From the NCBI GenBank assembly GCA_045863395.1, contig BTVJ01000006.1, forward strand, positions 1-64,000: a stretch of 64,000 nucleotides of DNA. The letters run 5' to 3'. The notes beneath the pieces are model-generated. The model saw only the letters and a list, made by a program, of their open reading frames with translations, had not been told where the DNA came from and ran no database searches. Source of the DNA: Myxococcales bacterium. GTDB lineage: Bacteria > Myxococcota_A > UBA9042 > JABWCM01 > BTVJ01. A program made the translations under genes and the position numbers. Of the stretch, positions 39,025-47,579 are shown in pieces. The first letter of the stretch is position 1; every line of letters begins with the position of its first letter.

Positions 39025-39888
39025 CTAGAAGTCGGCGCCGATGTGGAGCGTGTAGGTCTGGAGGCCGTCGGTGATCGCGATCTCGGTGCCCACGCTCACG
39101 TAGGTGACGATGAGCTGGAAGCCAATGACGGCGCGGTGGACCACCTCGGAGACGTCCTCGAAGATGTCCACCTTGGAGCACAGGGACCGGTCGTCGCCCG
39201 CCGCGCAGTTGTCCACGAAGAAGGCGATGGGGTGGCTGTTGGCGTAGACGTAGACCAGGTTGTAGCCGGCGTAGGGGGCGAGGTGCACGACCCCGCCGAT
39301 GCCGAAGTCCTTGCTGATGATGAAGTCGCCGCCCGCGGTCAGGAGGTTCAGGTCCTTCTGGCCGAGCACCGTGTGGATGTTGCCGCGGAAGGACAGGTCC
39401 GGCAGGTCCCGGTAGCCCTCCAGCGCTGCAAACTTCAGGTCGAGGCCCACGCCCCAGAGCTGGCTCTCGAAGAGGTGGGTCACGGTGCCGCCCACCTCCA
39501 GCGAGAAGGGGAGGCCCTTGCGGAAGTGGAGCTGCATGGTGTTCAGGGTGTTGCCCGGGTCGTCGACCGCCGCCTGCCAGTAGCCCGAGTCATCCTTGAT
39601 GTTCGTGAAGCTGGTCTCCAGCGCGATGTTGAAGCCCAGCGACCCGAGGGTGCTGGCGGGCCCGAAGTACTTGGGGGCCATGGCGACGCCAAGCTCCCGC
39701 ACCACGTTGTCGTAGGCGACCTGGTCCTTGACGACCGTGACCTTGGTGCCGGCTCGGGTCGCCTGCCCGAGGCGCGACAGGCGGAGGTCGTACTTTCCTT
39801 CGGCGCGCGCAGGGCCTGGCAGTGCGACCCCCGTCGCTACGACGGCCAGCAGGGCGACTCGGAGGGCGTAGGCTCGCATGAATCGCAT
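39025..39888 (-). CDS. Exported protein, probable outer-membrane beta-barrel
   Basis: Signal peptide ending ARA; alternating beta-strand pattern; C-terminal Phe (HIGADF). Confidence 0.7.
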   Translation of the reverse strand: MRFMRAYALRVALLAVVATGVALPGPARAEGKYDLRLSRLGQATRAGTKVTVVKDQVAYDNVVRELGVAMAPKYFGPASTLGSLGFNIALETSFTNIKDDSGYWQAAVDDPGNTLNTMQLHFRKGLPFSLEVGGTVTHLFESQLWGVGLDLKFAALEGYRDLPDLSFRGNIHTVLGQKDLNLLTAGGDFIISKDFGIGGVVHLAPYAGYNLVYVYANSHPIAFFVDNCAAGDDRSLCSKVDIFEDVSEVVHRAVIGFQLIVTYVSVGTEIAITDGLQTYTLHIGADF

Positions 39889-39931
39889 GGTCCGTTCCGG
39901 CTCCGGTGGTGAGGGACGCGATGCGGGCGCG

Positions 39932-39961
39932 ATGGTAGCACCCCCCTCATCGCAGTGTCAA
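39932..39961 (-). promoter_or_regulatory. Sigma70-type promoter for the 39888 gene
   Basis: Minus strand TTGACA-N18-TACCAT with TGn extended -10. Confidence 0.55.
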
Positions 39962-39991
39962 GAAAAGGGACAGGTCAAGAGCCCTGTGAAT

Positions 39992-40576
39992 TCAGTGGGT
40001 TGTGTCTGTGTCGGGTGTGCTGGGGCGCTTCGGCGGGAGCCCCAGGTGCGCCTCGATGGCGTCCAGGCGGGCCCGCAGCTCGGCCAGCTCTTCCTCGGTA
40101 CGCCGCAGGTGCGGCAGCGCCGTGACCAGGAGCCGCACCCGGTCATCGAGGCGCCGCTGCACGTCCTCGATGGCCACCTGTGTCGTGTCCACCCACTCGC
40201 GGATGGCCGCCATCACCTCCTCGACGCCGTCCTTCTCTCGCCGGATGAGGCGGGTGACCGTGCGCTCCGCCTCCTCCTTGAGCGAGTGGATCGGCTCGGT
40301 GACCGTGCGCTGCAGGAACTCGCCGCCCGTCTGGATCACCTGCCGCAGCGCCGTCAGCGGGACGGCCCGCTTCATCTTCTTCTCTTCCTCGTAGATGATC
40401 TGGGCGAGGGTCAGCGCGGTCAGGTCGGCGTTGGTGTTGTTGTCCGTGACCTTGATGTTGACGCCGTCCTTGATCAGCGTCGCGATCTCTTCGAGGGTGA
40501 TGTACCGGCTCTCTTCGAGGTCGTAGAGCTTGCGGTTGGCGTAGCGCTTGATGTGTCGGAGGGGTTCGTCGCTCAT
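39992..40576 (-). CDS. PhaR-like PHA synthesis regulator (DNA-binding domain)
   Basis: IKRYANRKLYDLEESRYITL...DLTALTLAQII. Confidence 0.85.
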   Translation of the reverse strand: MSDEPLRHIKRYANRKLYDLEESRYITLEEIATLIKDGVNIKVTDNNTNADLTALTLAQIIYEEEKKMKRAVPLTALRQVIQTGGEFLQRTVTEPIHSLKEEAERTVTRLIRREKDGVEEVMAAIREWVDTTQVAIEDVQRRLDDRVRLLVTALPHLRRTEEELAELRARLDAIEAHLGLPPKRPSTPDTDTTH

Positions 40577-40709
40577 CGGGCGTGGATTGTGCCACACTCC
40601 CCCCCATAGCCAAAGCCTTTTCGCGCCACGATCTGCCGCGACGGGCGCCTGTTGTGTCCGGGCGCGCGCCGTGGCATGGTGGCGCCGGACAACGAACCGA
40701 GGGCTGAGC

Positions 40710-41165
40710 ATGAGTATCGAGCAGGAGCTGACGCAGCGTCTCAAGGACGCCATGAGGTCCAAAGACCAGCGGGTGCTTGGGGTCGTCCGCATGATCAAGT
40801 CGAAGATCATCGAGGCACGCACCGCCAAGGGGTTCACCGGAGAGGTGGACGACGCGCTCTACCAGCAGGTGATCGCCGCCTACTCCAAGTCCATGCTCAA
40901 GGCCATCGAGGAGTACGAGGCCCAGGGCGAGCGGTCGAAAGAGATGGTCGAGCAGCTCCGCTTCGAGGTGGACTACCTGGCCGAGTTCCTGCCGCGAAAG
41001 CTGGACGAAGAGAAGACCCGCGAGCTGGTGCGCGCCAAGATCGAGCAGCTCGGAGTGCGGGACCCGAAGCGGGCCGGGCAGATCATGGGCGCGCTCATGA
41101 AGGAGCACAAGGACGCCTTGGACTCGGCGCTGACCAAGCGGGTCGTGGAGGAGGAGCTGCGGTAG
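40710..41165 (+). CDS. GatB/YqeY domain protein
   Basis: LKDAMRSKD...VRMIKS, YLAEFLP, GQIMGALMK. Confidence 0.9.
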   Translation: MSIEQELTQRLKDAMRSKDQRVLGVVRMIKSKIIEARTAKGFTGEVDDALYQQVIAAYSKSMLKAIEEYEAQGERSKEMVEQLRFEVDYLAEFLPRKLDEEKTRELVRAKIEQLGVRDPKRAGQIMGALMKEHKDALDSALTKRVVEEELR

Positions 41166-41170
41166 CGCAG

Positions 41171-41240
41171 CGGGGCAAGCCTGCTCAATTCTCATTGATT
41201 GGCGCGCCAAAATATGAGAACTGAGTAGGCTTGACCCCCG
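41171..41240. repeat. Long AT-rich inverted repeat between convergent genes
   Basis: Arms 41176-41195 CAAGCCTGCTCAATTCTCAT and 41214-41233 ATGAGAACTGAGTAGGCTTG (18/20 complementary); inner palindrome TTGGCGCGCCAA. Confidence 0.85.
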
Positions 41241-41252
41241 TCTCGGATCCGC

Positions 41253-42557
41253 TCAGTCCCGAACGCGAAGCTCTGCGTATGGGCCCGCCTGCTCCGCCCA
41301 GGTCGCGGCGCTGCGCCCTGCGGCGACGTGCGCGGCGGCTGCTCCGGCCATCGCCAGGCAGTGATCGATGTTGCAGTGCAGGAAGAGGCCCTGGCGCCCC
41401 ACGGGGACCGTGCGCCCGTCCGCGGTCGCCGCGGTCAGCGCCGCTCGCCACTGCGCCTGCCAGCCGCGCTCGTAGATGGGGTAGACACCCGGGAGCCAGA
41501 GCTGGTGGGCCGCGACCGGGCCAGGCACGCTCCGCCCGAGGATCCCCGCCGCCCGGAGCTGCTCGACCAGCACCGGCGCCTGCGAGACGAAGTCCCGGCC
41601 GCGGCCCCACGCGCCCTCCGGGATCTCCAGGCAGAGCACAGACTCCCGCCGGTTGTGCATGGAGTCCGAGTAGTTGGAGGCCTCGCTCACCCGCCCGAAC
41701 CAGTAGGCGCGCTCGGGGACGTAGAAGGTCTCCACGTCCGACAGGCGCGGCACGGGGAAGGCGAGGAACACCAGGTAGAGGCCGCGGTGGCGCAGCCCAT
41801 GGCCGGGAGCGAGCTGGGCGAGGGGCGCCGTCCAGACCACGCGGTCGGCGTCCGTGTCCCGTGAGGCGCGGCGACCGGTGTGCACGCGGACGCCGGCATC
41901 GCGCGCCATGCGGTCCAGCCCCGCGAGCAGCGCAGCCATGCCGCCGCGCGGGTAGGCGTACCGCTCGCCGCGGAGCCCGCGGGCGAGCATCGCCGCCGGC
42001 TGCGCCGTGGACACGCGCTTCTTGGCCACGGAGCGGGACAGGGCCGCCGGGTGGATGCCCCAGACCTTCTCTGCGTAGGGGCGGTAGAAGGCGTCGTAGG
42101 CCGCGTCGCCCACCCGGGAGCGCACGAAGGCGTCGTAGCCCTCGTCGTGGTCGCTCCTGCGGCGGTCCCGCTCCCAGGTCGCCAGCGGCGTGCGCCCGAG
42201 CCAGCCGGCGGCGAAGGAGGCGGCTCGCGCGAGCCCGAGGCCCCGCAGGAGGCCGATGGGCGACAGTGGATAGGGCAGGTGTCGCCCACCGAGCACGATG
42301 CGACCGCGCCGCGGGCGGCTCTCGAACGGCACCACGCGAGCCAGCTCACGGAGCAGGGGCTCCCCGAGCGCCTCCGGGTGGAGGCGGTGGGACCCGAGGT
42401 CGCACCCTACGCCGCGGAACGGCGCAGGGCGCACCATCCCGCCGGTCGCTTCCGCGACCTCGTGCACCTCCACCTGGAAGCCCGCGCGGCGCAGGTGCAG
42501 CGCGGCGGCGAGTCCGGTCACGCCGCCGCCGGCCACCACCGCGCGGCGGGCCCTCAC
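41253..42557 (-). CDS. FAD-dependent oxidoreductase (PPOX/UDP-galactopyranose mutase-like)
   Basis: VVAGGGVTGLAAA, DLGSHRLH, PYAEKVWG, YPRGG, GRQGLF...NIDH; GTGA overlap with the upstream gene. Confidence 0.8.
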   Translation of the reverse strand: MRARRAVVAGGGVTGLAAALHLRRAGFQVEVHEVAEATGGMVRPAPFRGVGCDLGSHRLHPEALGEPLLRELARVVPFESRPRRGRIVLGGRHLPYPLSPIGLLRGLGLARAASFAAGWLGRTPLATWERDRRRSDHDEGYDAFVRSRVGDAAYDAFYRPYAEKVWGIHPAALSRSVAKKRVSTAQPAAMLARGLRGERYAYPRGGMAALLAGLDRMARDAGVRVHTGRRASRDTDADRVVWTAPLAQLAPGHGLRHRGLYLVFLAFPVPRLSDVETFYVPERAYWFGRVSEASNYSDSMHNRRESVLCLEIPEGAWGRGRDFVSQAPVLVEQLRAAGILGRSVPGPVAAHQLWLPGVYPIYERGWQAQWRAALTAATADGRTVPVGRQGLFLHCNIDHCLAMAGAAAAHVAAGRSAATWAEQAGPYAELRVRD

Positions 42558-43165
42558 GGCGCCCGTCGCACGAGCCACAGGGCGCCCAGGGTCCAGAGGA
42601 TCATGGCGCTCCAGGACAGCCCCATGGCTGCGCCGGTCACGGGCATGAGCCACAGCCACCCGCCGGTCTTCCAGATGATCACAGGGGCAAGCACGTGCAC
42701 CAGCGAGGACAGGCCTGCGACGACGATGACCGATCCGGCGACCGCCGCGTGAAGCCCGCAGAGCATGAAGAGGTGGGCGAGGATCAAGAACACCACGCTC
42801 ACCGAGAACAGGTGCTGGTGGAACACATCCAGCACCCACGGGCGCTTCAGGTCCTCCGGTGGCGCCAGCGCTGGCGCCGCCTCCGTGGGCTCGGGCTCCA
42901 GGTCGAGGGCGGGGCCGCCCAGCCCGCCCTCAAGCTCGGCGCCCACACTGGGACCGACCGGTCCTCCCACGGGCCGGTTGACGTACCGCTCCTCGACGCT
43001 GGGCTCCCCCGTCGGGCCGGACAGCTCGGGTCCGATGCGGTCCGCGTAGATCACCCACGAGGACCAGACCCCGACGGCGATGAACACCAGGAACAGGGTG
43101 TAGACGAGCTTCGCGGGGACCGGGAGGTTGGCGGCCTGGTAGCCCTTGCGGACGAACAGCTTCAC
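42554..43165 (-). CDS. Membrane protein with His-containing helices
   Basis: About 4 TM segments; FHQHLFSVSVVFLILAHL and LVHV; GTGA overlaps at both ends. Confidence 0.75.
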   Translation of the reverse strand: MKLFVRKGYQAANLPVPAKLVYTLFLVFIAVGVWSSWVIYADRIGPELSGPTGEPSVEERYVNRPVGGPVGPSVGAELEGGLGGPALDLEPEPTEAAPALAPPEDLKRPWVLDVFHQHLFSVSVVFLILAHLFMLCGLHAAVAGSVIVVAGLSSLVHVLAPVIIWKTGGWLWLMPVTGAAMGLSWSAMILWTLGALWLVRRAP

Positions 43166-43740
43166 GGCGCAGACGTGCTCGCGAGGGTCTTGAGGCCCGG
43201 CTTGATCAGGAGCTCGTCGACGAGCACCAGGGCGCGGCGGGCTCCGTTGGCCATGGACTTCGACGAGATGGTCGCCCCCGTCACCGCGACGATGTCCGCC
43301 CCGTGCCGCACGGGGTCGGAGGCCTTCCGGCCCACGAACTGGCGCCGGAAGCGCCCCTCGCGCACCTCGTCGCCGTGGGACTCGCGGTAGACCATGATCT
43401 CCAGGCGCTTCATGGCGCCGTCGGTCCCGATGAGGACCCCGAAGGTAATGGGCTCGTGCTGCCCGAGCTCGTTGTCGATGATCGCGAAGCCGTCGACCGT
43501 GGTGCCCGTCATACCGTAGTAGACCGTCACCTCGGCGGGCGGGCGCTTGCCGAGGCGGTTCTCTACCGCCGCTCGCTGCGTCGCGTCGAGCGCGAGCTTC
43601 TTGAAGGTCACGCGCTGGGACGTCGAGAAGAAGTCCTTGAGCAGGGACGCCCGGTCCCAGTAGACGGCCTGCGCGGTGGCATCACTGCTCCAGGCTCCCA
43701 GCAAGAGGACCGCCATCGTCGTCGTCAGGATCTTGATCAT
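43162..43740 (-). CDS. Extracytoplasmic FMN-binding protein (RnfG/NqrC-like)
   Basis: Signal peptide; GQHEPITF, YRESHG, FRRQFVG; flavinylation motif AVTGATISS. Confidence 0.88.
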   Translation of the reverse strand: MIKILTTTMAVLLLGAWSSDATAQAVYWDRASLLKDFFSTSQRVTFKKLALDATQRAAVENRLGKRPPAEVTVYYGMTGTTVDGFAIIDNELGQHEPITFGVLIGTDGAMKRLEIMVYRESHGDEVREGRFRRQFVGRKASDPVRHGADIVAVTGATISSKSMANGARRALVLVDELLIKPGLKTLASTSAP

Positions 43741-43758
43741 CGCTCTGATTCCGTTGCT

Positions 43759-43817
43759 ATTGAAAATCAATTTCAACAAGTCGTGCGGATGATAACGAGC
43801 CTCGCCGCGTCACGCAA
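43759..43817 (-). promoter_or_regulatory. Promoter with Fur-type operator (second operon)
   Basis: Minus strand TTGCGT-N17-TATCAT (43817-43789), then palindrome GTTGAAATTGATTTTCAAT (43777-43759). Confidence 0.75.
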
Positions 43818-43897
43818 GCACTTTTTCTGGAGCTTCGTATCCAATTTCAGTCGTCCGTTTCTATTGGCCTTTCACGGACCATGGCGCGCTCACCCCG

Positions 43898-44452
43898 TCA
43901 GGGGAGCGTCGACAGCGCCGAGTCCGCGGCGGCGTCCATGTAGGCCCGGTAGTCCATGTCTGCGCGGTAGGTGCGCACCGTCACCGCCTTCGGGCCGTTC
44001 TCGCCTGACCACAGGACGGCGCCGTCGCGCCCCACGAGGCGCAGCGCCAGGTCGACGACCACGCGGCTCTGCGTGCGCATGTGGCCCGCGTCGAAGGCGC
44101 GGAGCTCCGACAGCAGCACGGCGTCCACCCCGAGCCGCTCGGCGAGCACGCCAGGGGCAGGGCGCGGTCCCTCCCTGTCGATGGTCATGAGCGCGTGGCG
44201 CATGACCTCGGGGGCCATCACCGGGTAGCCCTCCGTCGCTACGCCGGACAGCAGCGCGTCGTGGAGTGCGTCCCGCGGCCCGCCGCTGCCGAGGATCACA
44301 CGCAGCGTGCTCGTCTCAGGCGCCCGCGCCACGACACCCGGCGCCACCTCCACGGGTAGCACCGCCACGTACAGCGGGCCCGCGCCGGAAGGTGAAGGCA
44401 GTGGCGCCGTGCTCGCGCACCCGACCAGCAGCACCGCGAGGAGCCACCGCAT
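43898..44452 (-). CDS. Lipoprotein, GNA1162/DUF799-like
   Basis: MRWLLAVLLVGC lipobox; VAVLP, LAERLGVDAVL, LRLV..DGAVLW; TGATG overlap with the porin. Confidence 0.7.
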   Translation of the reverse strand: MRWLLAVLLVGCASTAPLPSPSGAGPLYVAVLPVEVAPGVVARAPETSTLRVILGSGGPRDALHDALLSGVATEGYPVMAPEVMRHALMTIDREGPRPAPGVLAERLGVDAVLLSELRAFDAGHMRTQSRVVVDLALRLVGRDGAVLWSGENGPKAVTVRTYRADMDYRAYMDAAADSALSTLP

Positions 44453-45738
44453 CAGAAGAGCCACGCCATGGACGCCACGAACTTGGGCTCCGGGTCCCAG
44501 TTGCCGCTGAACAGGTTGCGCGACACGCCCCCTGCGCCGTTGGTGACGAGCTGGACCTCGGTCTTGATGACGTAGGCCTCGATGGGACGGAAGTTCAACC
44601 CGAAGGTCAGCTTCTGCACGTCGTTCTCGTCGACGCGGTCCAGATCCGTGTCCGTGTCCTCGTAGCGGATGACGCCCGTCATGGTGGCGTCCGCCATGTC
44701 CGGCGGGAACAGGTCGAACAGCCCGGGGATGGGGAAGTGCATGTTGGCCTGCACGTAGAAGCCCTGCATGGCCCGGGGGACCGCCTCGCGGGTATTGGTG
44801 GGGCTGCCCGGCGAGAACCCCTCGACGAAGCCCTCGTCGATGAACGCCCGCACGTACTCGCCCAGGAACTCGAACCAGCCGAACTGCAAGGTGATGTCCG
44901 CCCCGACCATGTTCACCCGGTTGTCGGCGTCGTCGTACACGCCCGTGTACCCGCTCACGCCGACGTCGATGCCGAGCATGGGGCTGAGCCCGATGCGACC
45001 GACCACCGCCTTGTCGTCGTTGTTGTCCTCCAGCTTGGAGCCCACCGCGCCCTTCATGCCGTGCTTCCGGTCGATCTTCGCGTCCAGGCCGTTTATCACG
45101 TAGACCTCGTAGTCGAGGAAGACGTCCGCGCCGAGGTCGATGTCGCCGAGCAGGCCGAAGCCAGCCTCGAACCACGTCGTCGGCGTGATGGTCGTCAGGG
45201 GCTTGGGGCGCTCCGTCAGGTCGCGGGTCGGAGCGTCGTGCCGGATGTTGAAGGCCCCGAAGGGCACGAGGATGATCCCCCCGCGCAGGATCATCCAGTC
45301 GTCGATCTTGAAGTCGACGACGCTGAACTCCAACAGCACCTCACCCGCCCCCTGCACGCCGTCCTTCTTGAGGGGCGAGCCCGCGAACTCGAACTCGATC
45401 TCCGTGGACGTGGAGATGCGCTCCGAGAGCTGGCTGTAGACGAACAGCACGTAGCGGTGGGCGACGAACTCGGAGTCCTGCCCCGCCGCGTTGTGGTACT
45501 CGATCTCGCCGTAGCCGCCGATGACGGTGCGGTCCACGATGCGGCCGACCCGCGTCGTCAGGTCGTCCCCTATCCGGGCGTGCTCGGGTGAGGGGACGTC
45601 ACCCTCCGGCGTGGTGGTGTCCACCGTGTCAGAGCCGTCCAGCTCCAGGACCGGCCCCTCGTCAGCCTCCTCGCTGCGCACCGCGGTCGGCAGGGTCAGG
45701 CCCAGGGCCACCAGCCCCGCTGCAATCATGATCCGCAT
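44452..45738 (-). CDS. Outer-membrane porin (OprO/P-like)
   Basis: Signal peptide; IGGYGEIEY, RYVLF, EIEFE, G..LVPFG..N..H, PTTWFEAG, LTFGLNFRP; C-terminal Phe. Confidence 0.8.
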   Translation of the reverse strand: MRIMIAAGLVALGLTLPTAVRSEEADEGPVLELDGSDTVDTTTPEGDVPSPEHARIGDDLTTRVGRIVDRTVIGGYGEIEYHNAAGQDSEFVAHRYVLFVYSQLSERISTSTEIEFEFAGSPLKKDGVQGAGEVLLEFSVVDFKIDDWMILRGGIILVPFGAFNIRHDAPTRDLTERPKPLTTITPTTWFEAGFGLLGDIDLGADVFLDYEVYVINGLDAKIDRKHGMKGAVGSKLEDNNDDKAVVGRIGLSPMLGIDVGVSGYTGVYDDADNRVNMVGADITLQFGWFEFLGEYVRAFIDEGFVEGFSPGSPTNTREAVPRAMQGFYVQANMHFPIPGLFDLFPPDMADATMTGVIRYEDTDTDLDRVDENDVQKLTFGLNFRPIEAYVIKTEVQLVTNGAGGVSRNLFSGNWDPEPKFVASMAWLF

Positions 45739-45766
45739 CGTCGCTCCTCGTGGGCTTCTGTTAGGG

Positions 45767-46897
45767 CTACTGGGTGCAGAGGGCAGGCACGTCGAGGCCG
45801 AAGACCGTCTTGACGGCGCCGATCATGAAGGCCGTGTCGACGGTCTCGGGGTCGTCCTTGGCCACCTCGGCGGCCATCTTGGCGGCCAGGGCTGCGTCCA
45901 CCGATGCGATGTACGGCTCGAGGATGTGGAAGAACATGCGCCCCTCGATGACCTTGATGAAGGGCTTGTCCCCTGCATCGATGCCGATGTACTCGCGGGC
46001 AAAGGAGATGGCGAAGACCTCGAGGAGCATGCGGTCGATCTCGTCGATGGTCTCCTGCAGATCCGCCGGGATGGTGTCCAGGGCGTCGGCGTCCCCCGAC
46101 TTGCCGGCGGCCTTCAGCGCCGCGTCGAGCTGGTCGCGTCCTTGGATGAGCGCCGCGTGCAGGTCGCGGGCGTAGGTCGTCCCGCAGTTGGTGTCGCGGG
46201 TCGCCGCGGTCTTGCCGATGCCGGATGCCTTGGCCGGGTCGCCACCGAAGTCGAGGCCGGAGTACCCGAAGCCCTCGTCCCACTTGGCCCGCGCCCCCTG
46301 GACCAGCTCGTGATGGACCGACTGGTAGAAGAAGTGCTGGAGGCCCTTGTCCAGCACCTGGGAGTGCCAGCCGAGCCCGTTCAGGTCATCTCTGCCCGTG
46401 GTGTCGGGGACGGCGCTCCCCGCGGCGATGGCGTCGCAGATGCGTCCATGGATCTGCTTGCCCACCTCGGCGCCCAGGTTGAAGGCGTGGTCGTCCTTGC
46501 GGCCCGCCACCTTGGCGGCGAGCTCGGCCGTCTCCACGTAGAGGCTGGCGAGCTTCGTGGGGTCCGACGGCGTGGTGACGTCTCCGCTCCACTGGTCGCA
46601 CGCCCCCCCGAAGTCCGCCGCCTTGAACGACTCCCCTTTGCGGATGGTCTGGATCTGCTCGTAGGCGCCCACCCGCAGGAGCTGGTTCTGGAGGTTGGCC
46701 TGCGAGAACGGAGCGTACGTGGTCGACGGGCCGCCCGTCGCGTCGCCGCCTCCCTTGCCGCCGTTGCCGCCGCCACCGGTGTTCGTTGCGGAGTCGTCCG
46801 ACGAGTCGCAGGCTCCGAGCCCGACCGCCAGGCAGATCCCGATGATGCCGCCGATGGTGCCGATGCTGCCGATTCTGCCAAAGGATCTCAGGGTCAT
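45767..46897 (-). CDS. Helical lipoprotein, DUF4856/imelysin-like
   Basis: Lipobox LGAC; QVLDKGL and KWDEGFGY motifs recalled from DUF4856-type proteins; AGGAG RBS. Confidence 0.65.
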   Translation of the reverse strand: MTLRSFGRIGSIGTIGGIIGICLAVGLGACDSSDDSATNTGGGGNGGKGGGDATGGPSTTYAPFSQANLQNQLLRVGAYEQIQTIRKGESFKAADFGGACDQWSGDVTTPSDPTKLASLYVETAELAAKVAGRKDDHAFNLGAEVGKQIHGRICDAIAAGSAVPDTTGRDDLNGLGWHSQVLDKGLQHFFYQSVHHELVQGARAKWDEGFGYSGLDFGGDPAKASGIGKTAATRDTNCGTTYARDLHAALIQGRDQLDAALKAAGKSGDADALDTIPADLQETIDEIDRMLLEVFAISFAREYIGIDAGDKPFIKVIEGRMFFHILEPYIASVDAALAAKMAAEVAKDDPETVDTAFMIGAVKTVFGLDVPALCTQ

Positions 46898-46910
46898 GGC
46901 GACGCTCCTG

Positions 46911-47579
46911 TCACTTGCACACGTGGGCCGGGGTGGTGCACTGCGCGCCTCCCTGGCAGTCCTTGTCGTCGAAGCACGCGAACTCGCGGTGGGCTGGCTT
47001 CCCCTCGCACTTGGGCGCCGCCGGTGAGCCGGCGAGGCACCGCTTGATGGAGAGGTCGCAGCAGTGGCTGGTGTGGCAGTCGGAGGCCTTGATGCAGCAG
47101 ATGCCGGCGCACGCGCCGGAGCCCGGCTCCTCCACGCAGATCACGCCCGTGCGCACGTCGTCGGAGACGCCCACGAAGGTGACCGTGCCGTAGTAGGGGT
47201 CCACGACCTTGCGGCCGGGGTCGCCCTGGTTGGTGTCGTAGTACTCGTAGATGCCCGGCGCGGTGAAGGTGTGCCGCCACCAGACGTAAGGCTTCCCGTC
47301 CGCCTCGGAGAGGTTGTAGGGCTCCACCAGGCTCGGGGAGTAGAGCTCCGGCGGCTCTCCGAGGCTGGTCACGTTGGTGGGGATGTTGGGCGCCTGGTTG
47401 CGCCACTCCACCGTCTGCCCGACCTGGATGGTCAGGCAGGGCACCCCGTGGGTTCCCTCCGACGTGATGGGGACGATGTTGCCGCCCGGGTCCGCCATGC
47501 TCGAGTGCTGCACGTAGGGCGGCGTCTGCTGGGTGCTGCACGCGGCCAGGGCCAGCAGCGTCAGGATCTGAGGCTTCAC
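46911..47579 (-). CDS. Lipoprotein with cupredoxin-like domain and Cys-rich tail
   Basis: Lipobox LAAC; LTIQVGQTVEWRN and HTFTAPGIYEYY; C-terminal Cys-rich segment; GTGA overlap. Confidence 0.75.
   Translation of the reverse strand: MKPQILTLLALAACSTQQTPPYVQHSSMADPGGNIVPITSEGTHGVPCLTIQVGQTVEWRNQAPNIPTNVTSLGEPPELYSPSLVEPYNLSEADGKPYVWWRHTFTAPGIYEYYDTNQGDPGRKVVDPYYGTVTFVGVSDDVRTGVICVEEPGSGACAGICCIKASDCHTSHCCDLSIKRCLAGSPAAPKCEGKPAHREFACFDDKDCQGGAQCTTPAHVCK

Noticed and set aside
46850..46879. 9-bp imperfect tandem repeat (GCCGATnnT) in a lipoprotein signal peptide as a phase-variation tract
   Set aside because: The unit is a multiple of three and the copies are imperfect, so slippage would not switch the frame.
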